Below, piece by piece: positions 10,603 to 20,977 of a DNA stretch of 64,000 nt. Made by a program: the position numbers and the translations under genes. This DNA is from Puniceicoccaceae bacterium (GTDB taxonomy: Bacteria > Verrucomicrobiota > Verrucomicrobiia > Opitutales > Oceanipulchritudinaceae): the NCBI GenBank assembly GCA_040830765.1, contig JBFOMH010000005.1:256001-320000 (forward strand). The letters are read 5' to 3'. Numbering within the stretch: the stretch's first letter is position 1; the number at the start of each line of letters is the position of its first letter. Under the pieces are notes generated by a model, which worked only from the letters and a program-made list of their open reading frames with translations, did no database searches and was not told the DNA's origin.

Positions 10603-10752
10603 GTTATCAACGTTTTGTGAACAATCAAAGGTTATTGACACTCGCTTTTTACAACCTGTTCGTAAGTCCCTCATTTGGATGGCGATACACACCGGAGCCA
10701 ATGTGAATAACTTCGCTTTTTCTGTGAGTTAGTGTGAACAACTCGGGAATAA
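10603..10752. promoter_or_regulatory. Cluster of DnaA-box-like 9-mers plus an IHF consensus site
   Basis: TGTGAATAA at 10702-10710 is a perfect TTWTNCACA match on the minus strand. One-mismatch boxes: TGTGAACAA at 10616 and 10733, TTATTGACA at 10632. TATCAACGTTTTG at 10605-10617 matches WATCAANNNNTTR. Confidence 0.5.
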
Positions 10753-10828
10753 CGAATTTCCGGAAATTTTTTTTTGAAAAAAAACGCTCCTGCTGGCGGA
10801 AAAAAGTGAGTGAAAAACCGCTACAAGC

Positions 10829-11824
10829 TCAGGGATTGGCCTCGAGGTCCTGATCGAGAGCCTCCCGGATGGCATTGACCTCAATGGCAATGGCCTGAAC
10901 GAGCTGTATTTGCTCATAGAAAGAGGCTTCCTGTTCCGGATTCTGAAAGAGGACCCGCTGTTCACGGGGATTGTAGGACCAAGTTCCCCAGGCCTCACGG
11001 AGGACGTTGAGGGCGGCAATGGCGGAGCCAAGCAGGCGAACCTCGAGCTGCCGCAGGTCATAGACGCGGGATCGCTCCCAGAATTGGAGCACGCGTTCCA
11101 TTTCGGCAATGGCGATACGGTCGGCCGGGGGTTGCAGGTCCAGAGACTCGATTGAGCGCGTATAAGTATCCTCGAAGGACTCGATGAACTGGGTGAAGGC
11201 CCGGGTCTGTTCATAGAGCACCCTGTGGGCAGCCAATTCGACTTCCAGTTGGTCGATGGTCCGAAACCGAATCCACGATTCGGGGCCTTTGGTGGGATTG
11301 GCCTCCATGGCGGCGGCATAGGCTTCGGACTGGGCATCCAAGGCCTCGCGCATTTGCTGGTCCAGCTGCCGCAGGGCATCCAAGGTATCATACGGGATTC
11401 TGCCCTCATACTGGACAAAACGGTCCGTCTGGCCCCGCTGCTCCCGCTCGGCCCTCTCGGCGGCCCTTCGTTCCTCCTCGGCCTTGGCGAGGCGAAGCCG
11501 TTGCAATCTCAACTGTTCACGGGAGTCCTGTATGGCCTCCTGCCGGGCGCTATCCCGGTCGGCCTGGTTCTCGCGGGCAAGTATCAATGGAAAGATTAGA
11601 AGACAGCCCGCCAATCCGACAATCGCCCAAGAGATGAGGACCGGATCCCGGGCAAAAAGCCAGCGGGCGATCAGATTCAGGCAAATCCCCGTGGCGGTAA
11701 TCGCCACTGGCCAGACCAGATGAAAGAGAGTCCCCTGCAGCCATGGGACATCGGGATACCATCCGGTCAGCAGGTAGTATCCCAGCCCCATCAAGACGCA
11801 AACAATTGCCAGAATTAGCCTCAT
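10829..11824 (-). CDS. Hypothetical membrane protein (3 N-terminal TM helices + coiled/helical domain)
   Basis: 331-aa ORF whose start overlaps the tatD stop (ATGA coupling). Confidence 0.75.
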   Translation of the reverse strand: MRLILAIVCVLMGLGYYLLTGWYPDVPWLQGTLFHLVWPVAITATGICLNLIARWLFARDPVLISWAIVGLAGCLLIFPLILARENQADRDSARQEAIQDSREQLRLQRLRLAKAEEERRAAERAEREQRGQTDRFVQYEGRIPYDTLDALRQLDQQMREALDAQSEAYAAAMEANPTKGPESWIRFRTIDQLEVELAAHRVLYEQTRAFTQFIESFEDTYTRSIESLDLQPPADRIAIAEMERVLQFWERSRVYDLRQLEVRLLGSAIAALNVLREAWGTWSYNPREQRVLFQNPEQEASFYEQIQLVQAIAIEVNAIREALDQDLEANP

Positions 11825-12627
11825 GCCGGTTCCAAGCCGTAGAACTGAAGGGCGTTCCGTGTCGTGATTCGAGCCAAATCCTCCATGCTGATGCCGAACA
11901 GTTCGGCTGCAAAACGGCCGATGTGGGCCACGTTGGCGGGCTCATTCGGCTGGCCCCTCATTGGTTCCGGGGTCAGGTAAGGCGAATCCGTTTCCAGCAT
12001 GAGTCTTTCCAGTCCCTGTTCCAGGGCAGCTTGGCGAATGGGCTCCGCGGAGGCATTCTTATAGGTCAGGATACCGGTGAAGGAAGCCCGTCCACCGCGG
12101 CTGTTGATTTCGCGGACCAGTTCGGGCCCGTCAGTAAAGCAGTGAAAGACAACCCGCTGCCAATCCACTCCGCTCTGGTCAATCAGGCGGATGCATTCCT
12201 TGACGGCATTGCGCGAATGAATGACCACCGGACAGTCCAATTGGTAGGCAAGCGTCAACTGGTCCTTAAAAACACGTTCCTGCAGGGCCTTCAGCTCGGC
12301 AGCTTCATCGGGATACTTGGGCATGTGAAAGTGGTCCAGTCCAATTTCGCCAAGGGCGACTGGTTGAGGGTCGGTCCCGAAATAGGTCGGGATGGCCTTT
12401 ATCTGCTCTCCCCAGTCGTCATCAATGTCGCAGGGATGAATACCAACCGTCCAGTCGACCCGGCCGCTCTCGCGAGCCGTGAGACGATAATAAGTTTCCC
12501 AGTCCTTCTGGCTCGTTCCCACGGTAATGCAGCGGTGGACTCCAGCGGCCTGCATCCGCTCCAGCACAGCTTCCCCTTCTCCCCGGGTAAGTGCCTTTTC
12601 CAAGTGACAATGGGTATCGATCAGCAT
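11821..12627 (-). CDS. tatD: TatD family hydrolase/DNase
   Basis: 'DTHCHL', 'GIHP', 'GEIGLD', 'VVIHSR', 'HCF', 'ETDSPYL'. Confidence 0.95.
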   Translation of the reverse strand: MLIDTHCHLEKALTRGEGEAVLERMQAAGVHRCITVGTSQKDWETYYRLTARESGRVDWTVGIHPCDIDDDWGEQIKAIPTYFGTDPQPVALGEIGLDHFHMPKYPDEAAELKALQERVFKDQLTLAYQLDCPVVIHSRNAVKECIRLIDQSGVDWQRVVFHCFTDGPELVREINSRGGRASFTGILTYKNASAEPIRQAALEQGLERLMLETDSPYLTPEPMRGQPNEPANVAHIGRFAAELFGISMEDLARITTRNALQFYGLEPA

Positions 12628-12724
12628 GCCTCTTCAATGAGCCAGAATATGAAGGAACTTCAACTGTTATCCTATTGTTCTTTTTAGTTTGAAAGGAACC
12701 CACTTTTCCCATTCTCATGATTGC

Positions 12725-13606
12725 ATGATTGGTGAACGTCTAGAAGAGGGTCGCAAACGCAAGGGAGTATCCATCCGCGAGGCAGCGGAAGCCACCAAAA
12801 TCCGGGGAGATTATCTTCTGGCAATGGAGGACAACTCCTTCGACATTCCCCTGCCACAAATTTATGTCCGTGGCTTCCTGAAGAACTACGCCCGCTACCT
12901 GAAGCTTGATCCAAACAAGATCCTTACGGATTACGATGCGCACCTCCTTGGCAAATCAACCCGGCCGGCAGGTTCAGGAACCCGCAGTGACCGCGATTCC
13001 CTCGGTCAGGTGGAAATCCCGGAGGAACGCGAGGAAGAAGAGGACCGCGTGGTTATTACCGAAGCACCCGAGGATGAGGGTCCCGATCCGGAGCTTACTT
13101 TCAACCTGGGGCAAAGGGAGCGCCCAGCCCCGCCCCCGCCAACCCTCGACCGGGAAGCAACCCGCCACGACCAGGAGTCATGGAATGAAAACAAGACCCT
13201 GTATATAAAGATCGGGGTTGTTTTTGCGGCCATCCTGCTGGTTTCCATTATCCTGATTGTCATGATCCAACTCCTCACCCGGGAAAAGGATACACCGGCA
13301 ATTAATCCCGAGCTGGCAACAACCCCGGCGGAAACCGTCCAGACCCAGCCCGAGGTTGTCACGGGAGGGATTACCCGCGACAGCATCCTGATCACCGCTT
13401 CCGACAACCTCACCGTAATCGTCGAGCAAACCGTGGACCGGAAGCGCCTGTTCAGTGGCTCACTCAATACCGGGGAAACCCTCTCCTTGGAAAAGGAAGG
13501 TCCGGTCTCCATCCGTTTTACCAACGGCTCCGCCCTGACGATTGAGAAGGATGGCCAGAAGTTCCGTCCGCAGCAGACGGGGGTTGGCCGGACAGTGGTC
13601 GACTAG
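12725..13606 (+). CDS. RodZ-like HTH membrane protein
   Basis: N-terminal HTH_25 'GERLEEGR..KGVSI...TKIR..YL.AME...YVRGFLKNYARYL'; single TM helix; C-terminal DUF4115-like domain. Confidence 0.85.
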   Translation: MIGERLEEGRKRKGVSIREAAEATKIRGDYLLAMEDNSFDIPLPQIYVRGFLKNYARYLKLDPNKILTDYDAHLLGKSTRPAGSGTRSDRDSLGQVEIPEEREEEEDRVVITEAPEDEGPDPELTFNLGQRERPAPPPPTLDREATRHDQESWNENKTLYIKIGVVFAAILLVSIILIVMIQLLTREKDTPAINPELATTPAETVQTQPEVVTGGITRDSILITASDNLTVIVEQTVDRKRLFSGSLNTGETLSLEKEGPVSIRFTNGSALTIEKDGQKFRPQQTGVGRTVVD

Positions 13607-13619
13607 GCAAGGATAAGGC

Positions 13620-14297
13620 TCAAGCCTGCTGGTCTTCGGACAGCTTTGCCTGCAGGACCTGTTCCCGGCTGAGATGAATAATGTACTTCTCCTCGAAGTA
13701 CGGGTCCGGGATCTTTTCCCAGAGCGGATAAACCGCGAAGGGCTCAAGGCCCATCTGCTCCAACTCCTCCTTGTAGAGGCTGCCTTTCCAGTAAAGGACC
13801 CCGTTGGGCAGGGATTCTTTGCCTCCCTGTCGGATATTGCCGCGAATCCAGCCGAGGAACCGGGGAAGCGAGGTCACCGCCCGGCCAAGGATGAAGTCCC
13901 AGCGCGACTCGAGCGTTTCCGCCCGCTTGTTCACCACCTGGACATTCGGGATATTCAGGGCCTGCACCATGTCCTCGACTGCCTTGGCCTTCTTCGTAAT
14001 CGAGTCACAGAGAAAAAATTCCGCCTCCGGAAAGCAGATGGCCAGTGGCATTCCGGGCAATCCCCCACCTGTCCCGACGTCGAGGACCCGGGCTCCAGCC
14101 GGAATTTGGACCCAATTGACCAAGGCCAGCGAATGCACCAGGTGATGGAGGGCAAACTGGTCCATGTCCTTCCGGGAAACCAGGTTGATGCGGCTGTTCC
14201 ATTCCTTGAAGACCGTTTCCAGCTTGCCCATCTGGTCCAGCTTGGCGGGACCAAGGTCAGGAAAAAAGGATTCCAGAAGGTTTGCCATGCCCTGCAC
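13620..14297 (-). CDS. rsmG: 16S rRNA m7G527 methyltransferase
   Basis: 'WNSRINLVS', 'LDVGTGGGLPG.PLAI', 'RAV' motifs. Confidence 0.95.
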   Translation of the reverse strand: MQGMANLLESFFPDLGPAKLDQMGKLETVFKEWNSRINLVSRKDMDQFALHHLVHSLALVNWVQIPAGARVLDVGTGGGLPGMPLAICFPEAEFFLCDSITKKAKAVEDMVQALNIPNVQVVNKRAETLESRWDFILGRAVTSLPRFLGWIRGNIRQGGKESLPNGVLYWKGSLYKEELEQMGLEPFAVYPLWEKIPDPYFEEKYIIHLSREQVLQAKLSEDQQA

Positions 14298-15229
14298 TAG
14301 GCCTGTTCAGCGAGCCAGCGCTCCGCCTCGATGGCTGACTGGCAGCCCATGCCAGCGGCCGTGATGGCCTGCCGGTAAACATGGTCGGCACAGTCACCTG
14401 CGACGAATACGCCCGGGACCCGGGTCTTCACCTGGCTCCCCGGCTGCGGGATAAAGTAACCGTTGTGGTCGGTTTCGATTTCCTGGGCGAAGGGACCGGT
14501 ATTGGGAATATGACCAATGGCAATAAAGAAGCCCTTGGCCTCCAGTTCGCTCTCCTGCCCGGTCTTGACGTCCTTGATCCGGGCCGCCCGCATCGTGCCG
14601 TCGTCACCAGCGATGACTTCCATCGGCACGGTATTCCAATGGACCTCAATCTTTTCGTGGGCCTTGACCCGGTCAGCCATGATCGAGGAGGCCCGCAGCT
14701 CGTCACGGCGGTGCAGCAGATGGATGCGGCTGCAAAAATGCGTCAGGAACAAGGCCTCTTCACAAGCGCTGTCGCCACCCCCGACGACAATCACTTCCAT
14801 ATCGCGGTAAAAAGCGCCATCACAGGTGGCACAGGTGGTGACCCCCTTGCCGCCGAACATCTCCTTCTCGCCGGGAATATCCAACAGGCGCGGGCTGGCG
14901 CCTGTGGCAATAATGACGGACTTGGCTTCAAATTCCTTTCCGTCCTCTGCCGTCAGGACCTTCTTGTCGCCCCCAAAATGCACCGACTGGATACGGGCGT
15001 ACTCCGTTCGCGCCCCGAAGCGTTCCGCCTGCTTGCGCAGCTTGTCCATCAGAGTGAAGCCATCGATGCCCTCCGGCCATCCGGGGAAATTTTCCACTTC
15101 GCTGGTTGTTGTCAGTTGTCCGCCCGGCTGGGTCCCTTCAAGGACCAGGGGACTTAAATTCGCACGCGCTGCATAAATGGCCGCGGTCAGGCCGGCGCAG
15201 CCGGTTCCAAGTATGATTACATCTTCCAT
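14297..15229 (-). CDS. trxB: Thioredoxin-disulfide reductase
   Basis: '[15 protein letters not shown]', CATCDG, '[11 protein letters not shown]'. Confidence 0.98.
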   Translation of the reverse strand: MEDVIILGTGCAGLTAAIYAARANLSPLVLEGTQPGGQLTTTSEVENFPGWPEGIDGFTLMDKLRKQAERFGARTEYARIQSVHFGGDKKVLTAEDGKEFEAKSVIIATGASPRLLDIPGEKEMFGGKGVTTCATCDGAFYRDMEVIVVGGGDSACEEALFLTHFCSRIHLLHRRDELRASSIMADRVKAHEKIEVHWNTVPMEVIAGDDGTMRAARIKDVKTGQESELEAKGFFIAIGHIPNTGPFAQEIETDHNGYFIPQPGSQVKTRVPGVFVAGDCADHVYRQAITAAGMGCQSAIEAERWLAEQA

Positions 15230-15241
15230 AATTGAATTTCT

Positions 15242-16753
15242 CTACGGGTCAGAGGATTTATCCGGTACTTTAATCCGGACATAAACATCAAAATAACCAA
15301 ATCGCTCCTTTTTGTAGGTTTGTTGGAGGTATTCGAATAGAAGTTCCTTGTACTCCCCTTCAGTCGGACCGATGCCAACTGCCTCCACTCCGGAACTTTC
15401 CATGGAGCGAATGAATCCGGAGATTCCTCCCGGCCACTGCGCCATGATCTTGCGGTCGATGCCAGCAATGATGAAGCCGTACGGGTTGACATTGCTGCGA
15501 TTGGACAAGACCAGCAATTCCGGAAGGCCGATGGACGCGATTTGCGTTTCCCCGGGGAAGCGCTCAGCCACTTGCTCGGCCGAAACACGCTGAGCCTTCA
15601 AACCGTCCTCGGAAGTGCCATGATAGAGCATCACTGAGGAAAGCGCCAGAAGGGCCGCCACGGTCGCACCGACCCGTTTGGGCGTCAGGCCGGCCAAGCC
15701 CTGAAGGGAACAAACGCCCTCCGAGAGTTTCCAGAAGAGCCCGGCCATCCCAATGGCCATGTAAGGAAGAAATGGATACAAGTCTGCCGCTCCCTGAAAA
15801 TCGAGAAAAGTCCACAGGAAAACGAACGGCAGGGTCCCGACAATTGGCAACCAAACCGGCCATTCCTGTACACGGTGGACAGGATGGCGGTAAATCACCG
15901 CTGACTGAAGAAGCAGGTAAAACAAGCCCATGATTGCCGGTACAGCCATCAGGGTGTAGCCCTTGAAAAGCGACTCCACCGGCGCTAGCAGGTGTTCAAT
16001 GACATCAAATGGCGGACGGTCCAGGTAAGTCAGGTTGAAGACGACACTGCCATCGATCAGGGCCACCAGGGCGCCTTTGGATATAAAGTAACCGAACAGA
16101 ACCAGGCAGGGGACGAATACGCCAATGGCCGCGTAGCCGAGTCCTCGAAACCGCAATTCCCGGTCCTCCTTATGGATAAGTAACGGCGCCAGCAGGGCAA
16201 AGAGGACATAAACCACCCCAGGTTGCCAGACCCAGGTCGCCAGGGCTGCGAAAAACCCGGCCCATCCCCAGCGTTGCCGGGCAGCGAAGTAAAGGAATGC
16301 CACCTCAAAGAGGACGAAGGGCGTCTTGGCCCGCGGCCCGGACACGGCTTCCCGGCCAAAACTCCAGAAGCCCGTAAAGGCCATCGCGCCAATCAGCCCA
16401 GCAAGCGCATTGCGATAAAGGAGACGACCCAGAAGGTAAATGAATCCGCCTGCCAGTCCGCTCATGACCCACCATCCGGCGCGCACCGCGAGGACATCCT
16501 CAAGTCCGGAGAACCGCCCCATGGAAACAAAGAGACCACTCAGGATGGGCGTCAGTGGTGTCTTGTGATCAAAAATGGATAGGTAAGGGGCAACCCCATC
16601 GGCAAACTGCTGGCCGGCATAGAGGTATATGGCATCATCCCGGTAGAGCCAGCCCTCAAATCCGTAGACAGCGTAAATCCCGAGACTGATTGCCGTCGCC
16701 AGTAAAAACCCGAATACGGGCGAGCCGGTGATGCGCTGTCCCGATTCCCCCAT
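15242..16753 (-). CDS. Polytopic membrane glycosyltransferase (GT-C, ArnT/PMT-like)
   Basis: Many TM helices; 'RDDAIY' and 'PY..IFDHKTP' in the first loop. Confidence 0.7.
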   Translation of the reverse strand: MGESGQRITGSPVFGFLLATAISLGIYAVYGFEGWLYRDDAIYLYAGQQFADGVAPYLSIFDHKTPLTPILSGLFVSMGRFSGLEDVLAVRAGWWVMSGLAGGFIYLLGRLLYRNALAGLIGAMAFTGFWSFGREAVSGPRAKTPFVLFEVAFLYFAARQRWGWAGFFAALATWVWQPGVVYVLFALLAPLLIHKEDRELRFRGLGYAAIGVFVPCLVLFGYFISKGALVALIDGSVVFNLTYLDRPPFDVIEHLLAPVESLFKGYTLMAVPAIMGLFYLLLQSAVIYRHPVHRVQEWPVWLPIVGTLPFVFLWTFLDFQGAADLYPFLPYMAIGMAGLFWKLSEGVCSLQGLAGLTPKRVGATVAALLALSSVMLYHGTSEDGLKAQRVSAEQVAERFPGETQIASIGLPELLVLSNRSNVNPYGFIIAGIDRKIMAQWPGGISGFIRSMESSGVEAVGIGPTEGEYKELLFEYLQQTYKKERFGYFDVYVRIKVPDKSSDP

Positions 16754-16757
16754 GACC

Positions 16758-17303
16758 CTAGTAGAGGAATGCGGTAACCAGGAGGGCGAGGGCCATCATC
16801 ACGAAGACTCCGCCAAAGGCCCGGACACGGACTGTCGAGACATAGAGCCAATTCAGGAAATCCCGCATCTTGTATGGCATCACCCCAATAAATATGGAGA
16901 GGGTGACAAAGAGGTAAATGAGGGTTACCAGGACCAGCCGCTCCGGGATATCATACAGTCCAAAGGCCGACTTCAGACCGACGTTCCCGCTTAGGAGCAC
17001 GAGGACTGCCAGGCCCCTGACAGCCAGGAAATCACGGACGTAGAAAATGGTCCCCAGGAGGGTTGCCGCAAAGAGGGCAAAGAGAATCTCCTTGTAGTCG
17101 CCAAAGTCGGACTGTCCGAGCATCCAGATTTTCCAGAGGAACCAACCTCCCCCGAGAAGCATGAGGCCAACGCCCGCCGCGCGGTTGCGCGGGAAGGCCA
17201 GGACGCGTTCCCGGATCTTATCCGGAAGCGCCAGAAAGGGGATGCCCGCGACCAGCAGGACAAGGGCCATCAGGATAGTGAAAGTATAAAGAGAGGGAAT
17301 CAT
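16758..17303 (-). CDS. Hypothetical integral membrane protein
   Basis: ~6 hydrophobic helices; ATG at 17303 lies just after the miaB stop. Confidence 0.75.
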   Translation of the reverse strand: MIPSLYTFTILMALVLLVAGIPFLALPDKIRERVLAFPRNRAAGVGLMLLGGGWFLWKIWMLGQSDFGDYKEILFALFAATLLGTIFYVRDFLAVRGLAVLVLLSGNVGLKSAFGLYDIPERLVLVTLIYLFVTLSIFIGVMPYKMRDFLNWLYVSTVRVRAFGGVFVMMALALLVTAFLY

Positions 17304-17313
17304 TTGATTAGAA

Positions 17314-18702
17314 TTACTGAGCAAGCAGTGCCGGACCGTTTTCGTCAACCCCGCTGAGACAGAGTTCGCCCAGAAGAATGCTGACCGTGGCATCAGTTAC
17401 CCGGACCGGGACCACCTGGCCCACGAGTCGTTCGGTGGCCGGAAAGATCAACTTGCGATTGCCCGGATTGCGCCCCATGAACATGCCCTCCCCTTTTCGG
17501 GCCGGCCCCTCGACAAGGACTGACTGGACAGATCCCAGCAAGCCCTGGTTACGCCGCAGAGAGCTTTCCCCCAGCACCTCGAGGAGGATCTTGTTGCGCT
17601 GGTCCTTGACCTCAGCGGAAATATCATCGCCCATCTCGGCGGCCTTGGTCCCGGCACGCTCGGAATACTTGAAGATGAAGGCCATATCAAAGCCAACCTC
17701 CTCAAAGAGCGACCGGGTCGCTTCAAATTCATCCTCTGTCTCACCCGGGAATCCGACGATGATATCGGTTGAGAGGCAGATATCCGGCTGTACCTCCCGC
17801 AGCTGGTCGACAATTTCCAGAAACCGGCGGCGCGTGTAGGGCCGGCGCATGCGCTTTAACATGGAGTCCGCCCCGCTTTGCAGCGGCAAATGGACATAGG
17901 GCATTAACTTCTCCAGCCGTCCGTAGGCCTCGACAAGGTCCTTTTGGAAGCCGCGCGGGTGCGGTGAGGTAAAGCGGATCCGCTCCAGGCCGTCGATGGC
18001 ATTGACCCGCTCCAGCAACTGGACAAAGGGACTGATGCCGTTGCGGTACGGAATTTCCCGCATGCCATAGCTGTTGACGATTTGCCCCAACAGGGTGACT
18101 TCGCGCGTGCCTGCCGCCACCAGCTCCTCGATTTCCTCGCAGATGGAGTCCATGCTGCGGTAGCGCTCCGCACCGCGGGTCTTGGGCACAATACAGAAGG
18201 TGCAATGCATGTTACAGCCCTGCATGATGCTGACAAAGGCCGATACCTGCGCCTTTTCACTGATGTGTTCCCGGATCGTCTCCTCCGAACCACTCTCCTC
18301 ATCGAGATCGACGAGGGTGGCCGGGCGCGGGCCCAGCCCATTGTGGCTGGCGATGAACTGGTCAAGCATCTGCGGTACCCGGTGAAACTTCTGGGTTCCC
18401 ACCAGCAAATCCAGATCCGGAAGCTTCTCCAGCAAGTCCGTTCCCCGGTTTTGTACCATGCAGCCCATCAGCCCGAGGACAAAGTTCGGATCCTCCTTCT
18501 TTCGCTTGGCGAGATGACCGGTCTTGCCAATGGCCTTCTGCTCCGCCTGTTCCCGGACAGCGCAGGTGTTCAGGAGGACAATATCCGCGGTGTGCTCATC
18601 GCAGACGATGGTGTAGCCCCGATCCCGCAGCTGGGCTGATACAGCCTCCGAGTCACGCTCGTTCATCTGGCAACCATAGGTCTTGATGTAGACGCGGTTC
18701 AT
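17314..18702 (-). CDS. miaB: tRNA-2-methylthio-N6-dimethylallyladenosine synthase
   Basis: 'TYGCQMNERDSE', radical SAM CNMHCTFC, C-terminal TRAM domain. Confidence 0.97.
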   Translation of the reverse strand: MNRVYIKTYGCQMNERDSEAVSAQLRDRGYTIVCDEHTADIVLLNTCAVREQAEQKAIGKTGHLAKRKKEDPNFVLGLMGCMVQNRGTDLLEKLPDLDLLVGTQKFHRVPQMLDQFIASHNGLGPRPATLVDLDEESGSEETIREHISEKAQVSAFVSIMQGCNMHCTFCIVPKTRGAERYRSMDSICEEIEELVAAGTREVTLLGQIVNSYGMREIPYRNGISPFVQLLERVNAIDGLERIRFTSPHPRGFQKDLVEAYGRLEKLMPYVHLPLQSGADSMLKRMRRPYTRRRFLEIVDQLREVQPDICLSTDIIVGFPGETEDEFEATRSLFEEVGFDMAFIFKYSERAGTKAAEMGDDISAEVKDQRNKILLEVLGESSLRRNQGLLGSVQSVLVEGPARKGEGMFMGRNPGNRKLIFPATERLVGQVVPVRVTDATVSILLGELCLSGVDENGPALLAQ

Positions 18703-18744
18703 AAGCGGATCATGTTCACTTGCTCCAGCAAAGGGGGTCAAGCC

Positions 18745-19131
18745 TTAGATACCCTTGACCGGGTAGCCCCGGGATTCCAGCAGAGGCTTCAGTTTCTCCC
18801 GCCATTCGCCCTGTAATTCCAAAACCCTGCCCTTGCAGGTGCCACCGGTGCCAAGAGCGCCCTGCAGATCCTTAAGCAAGCGCTGGTGAACCTCCGGTGC
18901 TCCGGTAAATCCACTGATCTCAGTCACCACCTTGCCCCCCTTTCCCGCCTTGAGGCGGCGCAAAAGGAGCGTCTCCCGCTTCTTGGGCTGGCCACGCCGC
19001 TTCTCGCCTGCCGGCGGAGCCTGGACGGGCTTGGCTTGCGGGAGATCCAGTCCCCCGAGGCTGGCGAAGGGATTATCGGCGGAAAGGTTTTCACCTCCGC
19101 TGGTGTCGATGCGTTCCTTTTTCCGGCTCAT
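18745..19131 (-). CDS. Translation initiation factor SUI1/YciH family
   Basis: 'GKGGKVVTEI.G', 'LGTGGTCK...ELQG'. Confidence 0.85.
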   Translation of the reverse strand: MSRKKERIDTSGGENLSADNPFASLGGLDLPQAKPVQAPPAGEKRRGQPKKRETLLLRRLKAGKGGKVVTEISGFTGAPEVHQRLLKDLQGALGTGGTCKGRVLELQGEWREKLKPLLESRGYPVKGI

Positions 19132-19137
19132 GGCTGC

Positions 19138-19350
19138 TCAGGAGCAAACGCCCTTCTCCGGGTCCCCACCCTCAAGCAGGACCCATGCTTTCTGGTAGCT
19201 GCGCTTGGCGAGGTAATGGGCAAGGTGACCCCGGGCCTCGGATTTCAATGCATCAAGGGCCTGAATCGAGGCCGCCAGGTCGCCACTCGCGTGTCCAAGG
19301 ATAACCGCAAGGTGCTGCCGAATCGTTGTTCGAAAATTCTCGTCCATCAT
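19138..19350 (-). CDS. Small hypothetical protein
   Basis: 70-aa helical ORF packed directly upstream of the SUI1 gene; 'HLAHYLAKRSYQKA'. Confidence 0.65.
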   Translation of the reverse strand: MMDENFRTTIRQHLAVILGHASGDLAASIQALDALKSEARGHLAHYLAKRSYQKAWVLLEGGDPEKGVCS

Positions 19351-19395
19351 GGTTTATGCTTTTCATTCCATAGAAAATCGCCTCACTCAAGCCTC

Positions 19396-19752
19396 ATGCC
19401 ACAACAATTTTACCAAATTATCCACCTGACCGGTATTTTCATGATATTTCTGGGCTACGGTGGCCTGATTATCCGCAGCGTCACGGGTACCGAAAGCAAG
19501 GATATCCGTCGATTGGGGGCAATCACCAGCGGCCTTGGTTTGGTCCTGAGTCTCGTTGGGGGCTTTGGCCTGCTGGCCAAGCTCAATTACGGTTGGCCGG
19601 TCTGGGTTCTTATCAAAATAGCCATCTGGGTCATTCTCGGGGCCATGATTGTCGTCATCAACCGCAAGCCGCGCCTGTCGCAGGAGCTGTGGTGGAGCAC
19701 CATCGTTCTCGGGGTCATTTCCCTCCTGATGGTTGTCCTGAAGCCGTTTTAA
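19396..19752 (+). CDS. Small 4-TM membrane protein (SirB2-like)
   Basis: 'YQIIHL' start, four TM helices, ends KPF. Confidence 0.7.
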   Translation: MPQQFYQIIHLTGIFMIFLGYGGLIIRSVTGTESKDIRRLGAITSGLGLVLSLVGGFGLLAKLNYGWPVWVLIKIAIWVILGAMIVVINRKPRLSQELWWSTIVLGVISLLMVVLKPF

Positions 19753-20051
19753 TAACTGATCGTAAAGCCCATGAAGGACTGCTGGCGATGTTCTTCATGG
19801 CTTTCGGTCCGGCGGATGTAGACGGAAAGGCGGTCATTGACCTCCGCCACGAAACCACGGACCTCGGCATCCATGCCCTCTGCCTCCAACTGGACCCGGC
19901 CGTCGGGGAGGTTGCGGACAAAGCCGCTGACTTCAAACTCCTTGGCTATCTGCAGCGTCTTGTAACGAAAACCCACTCCCTGCACGTGACCGCTGAAAAA
20001 TACGGAGAGATGCAGGACTTCCACGGTGGTTGCTGGACGGGAAGAAGCCAT
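19749..20051 (-). CDS. acyP: Acylphosphatase
   Basis: 'GHVQGVGFR', '[11 protein letters not shown]'. Confidence 0.95.
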   Translation of the reverse strand: MASSRPATTVEVLHLSVFFSGHVQGVGFRYKTLQIAKEFEVSGFVRNLPDGRVQLEAEGMDAEVRGFVAEVNDRLSVYIRRTESHEEHRQQSFMGFTISY

Positions 20052-20209
20052 TATCAGAGAAGGAACTGAAAAGCATGGCAGCAGGCTCCAACCTCGGCAA
20101 GCATATTGGTTCTGGGGCGATTTTTATGGCCTCAAGCCTACTTCATCATTGCCAAACCGGCCAAGCCCCTCCAACTATGAAGCTAAATTCCGAAGCACTG
20201 TTTTTTTAA

Positions 20210-20905
20210 ATGACAAATTACAACTTTGAAGGTCAGCCCGAGGGAGATTGGGACGACCGTGGCAATCTCTCCTGGAGCGAGGTCGATTGGCAGAAATTCC
20301 TGCAGCGGCAGGAAAAGGAAGTGGCTCGGTTTCTTCGCTTCTACGATGAATGCCCCCTGGGGCAGAGTGAACGCCTCGACTGGGTAGCCCGCCAAATGGG
20401 CTGGGACTCCGAGGATTGGTCCGTCAGTGACCTTCCCGAGGAAGATGAAGAAGGGGAAGCCTGGCAGAAGTCCGCCGAGGACAGCCGGGAACACCCGGAT
20501 TCCGATCCCTACACCCTGCACCGGCATCCCGTCTACGTGGTTTGTTCAGGGCTTTTCCTGCAACTGCGCTACCTGTGGCGGACCGCCTTGAAATCAAAGA
20601 GCGGACCGGTGGACGCCCTCCTCTGCTGGGACTACGCGGAAAGCCTCAATGAGGCCGAAAAGCACAGCCTGATGGCCATGCAATCCATGGACATGGGCGA
20701 CTTCCTTCTCTGCGTCATTCATTTGAAGCGGGCCCTCCGTGGCGTTAATCTCGCCATGAGCCTCCTTCCATCGCTGATTGAATCCGCTTCTGCCGGGGAA
20801 TATTTCCGACAATCCATGGTTAGCCGCCTTTTTGACCTCCGCGAGGTCTTCCTGAGGGTGATGCAGGACTGCCGGGATGAAGACCGGAGGGATTTCCGAG
20901 AGTGA
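20210..20905 (+). CDS. Hypothetical acidic helical protein
   Basis: 231-aa ORF with typical codon usage filling the gap between known genes. Confidence 0.75.
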   Translation: MTNYNFEGQPEGDWDDRGNLSWSEVDWQKFLQRQEKEVARFLRFYDECPLGQSERLDWVARQMGWDSEDWSVSDLPEEDEEGEAWQKSAEDSREHPDSDPYTLHRHPVYVVCSGLFLQLRYLWRTALKSKSGPVDALLCWDYAESLNEAEKHSLMAMQSMDMGDFLLCVIHLKRALRGVNLAMSLLPSLIESASAGEYFRQSMVSRLFDLREVFLRVMQDCRDEDRRDFRE

Positions 20906-20977
20906 GTAAATGCGCATTGAATTGCGCTTTGGGGTTGAAACAGGCCTGATATTGGCAAACTTCTCTTCTAATCTGAT

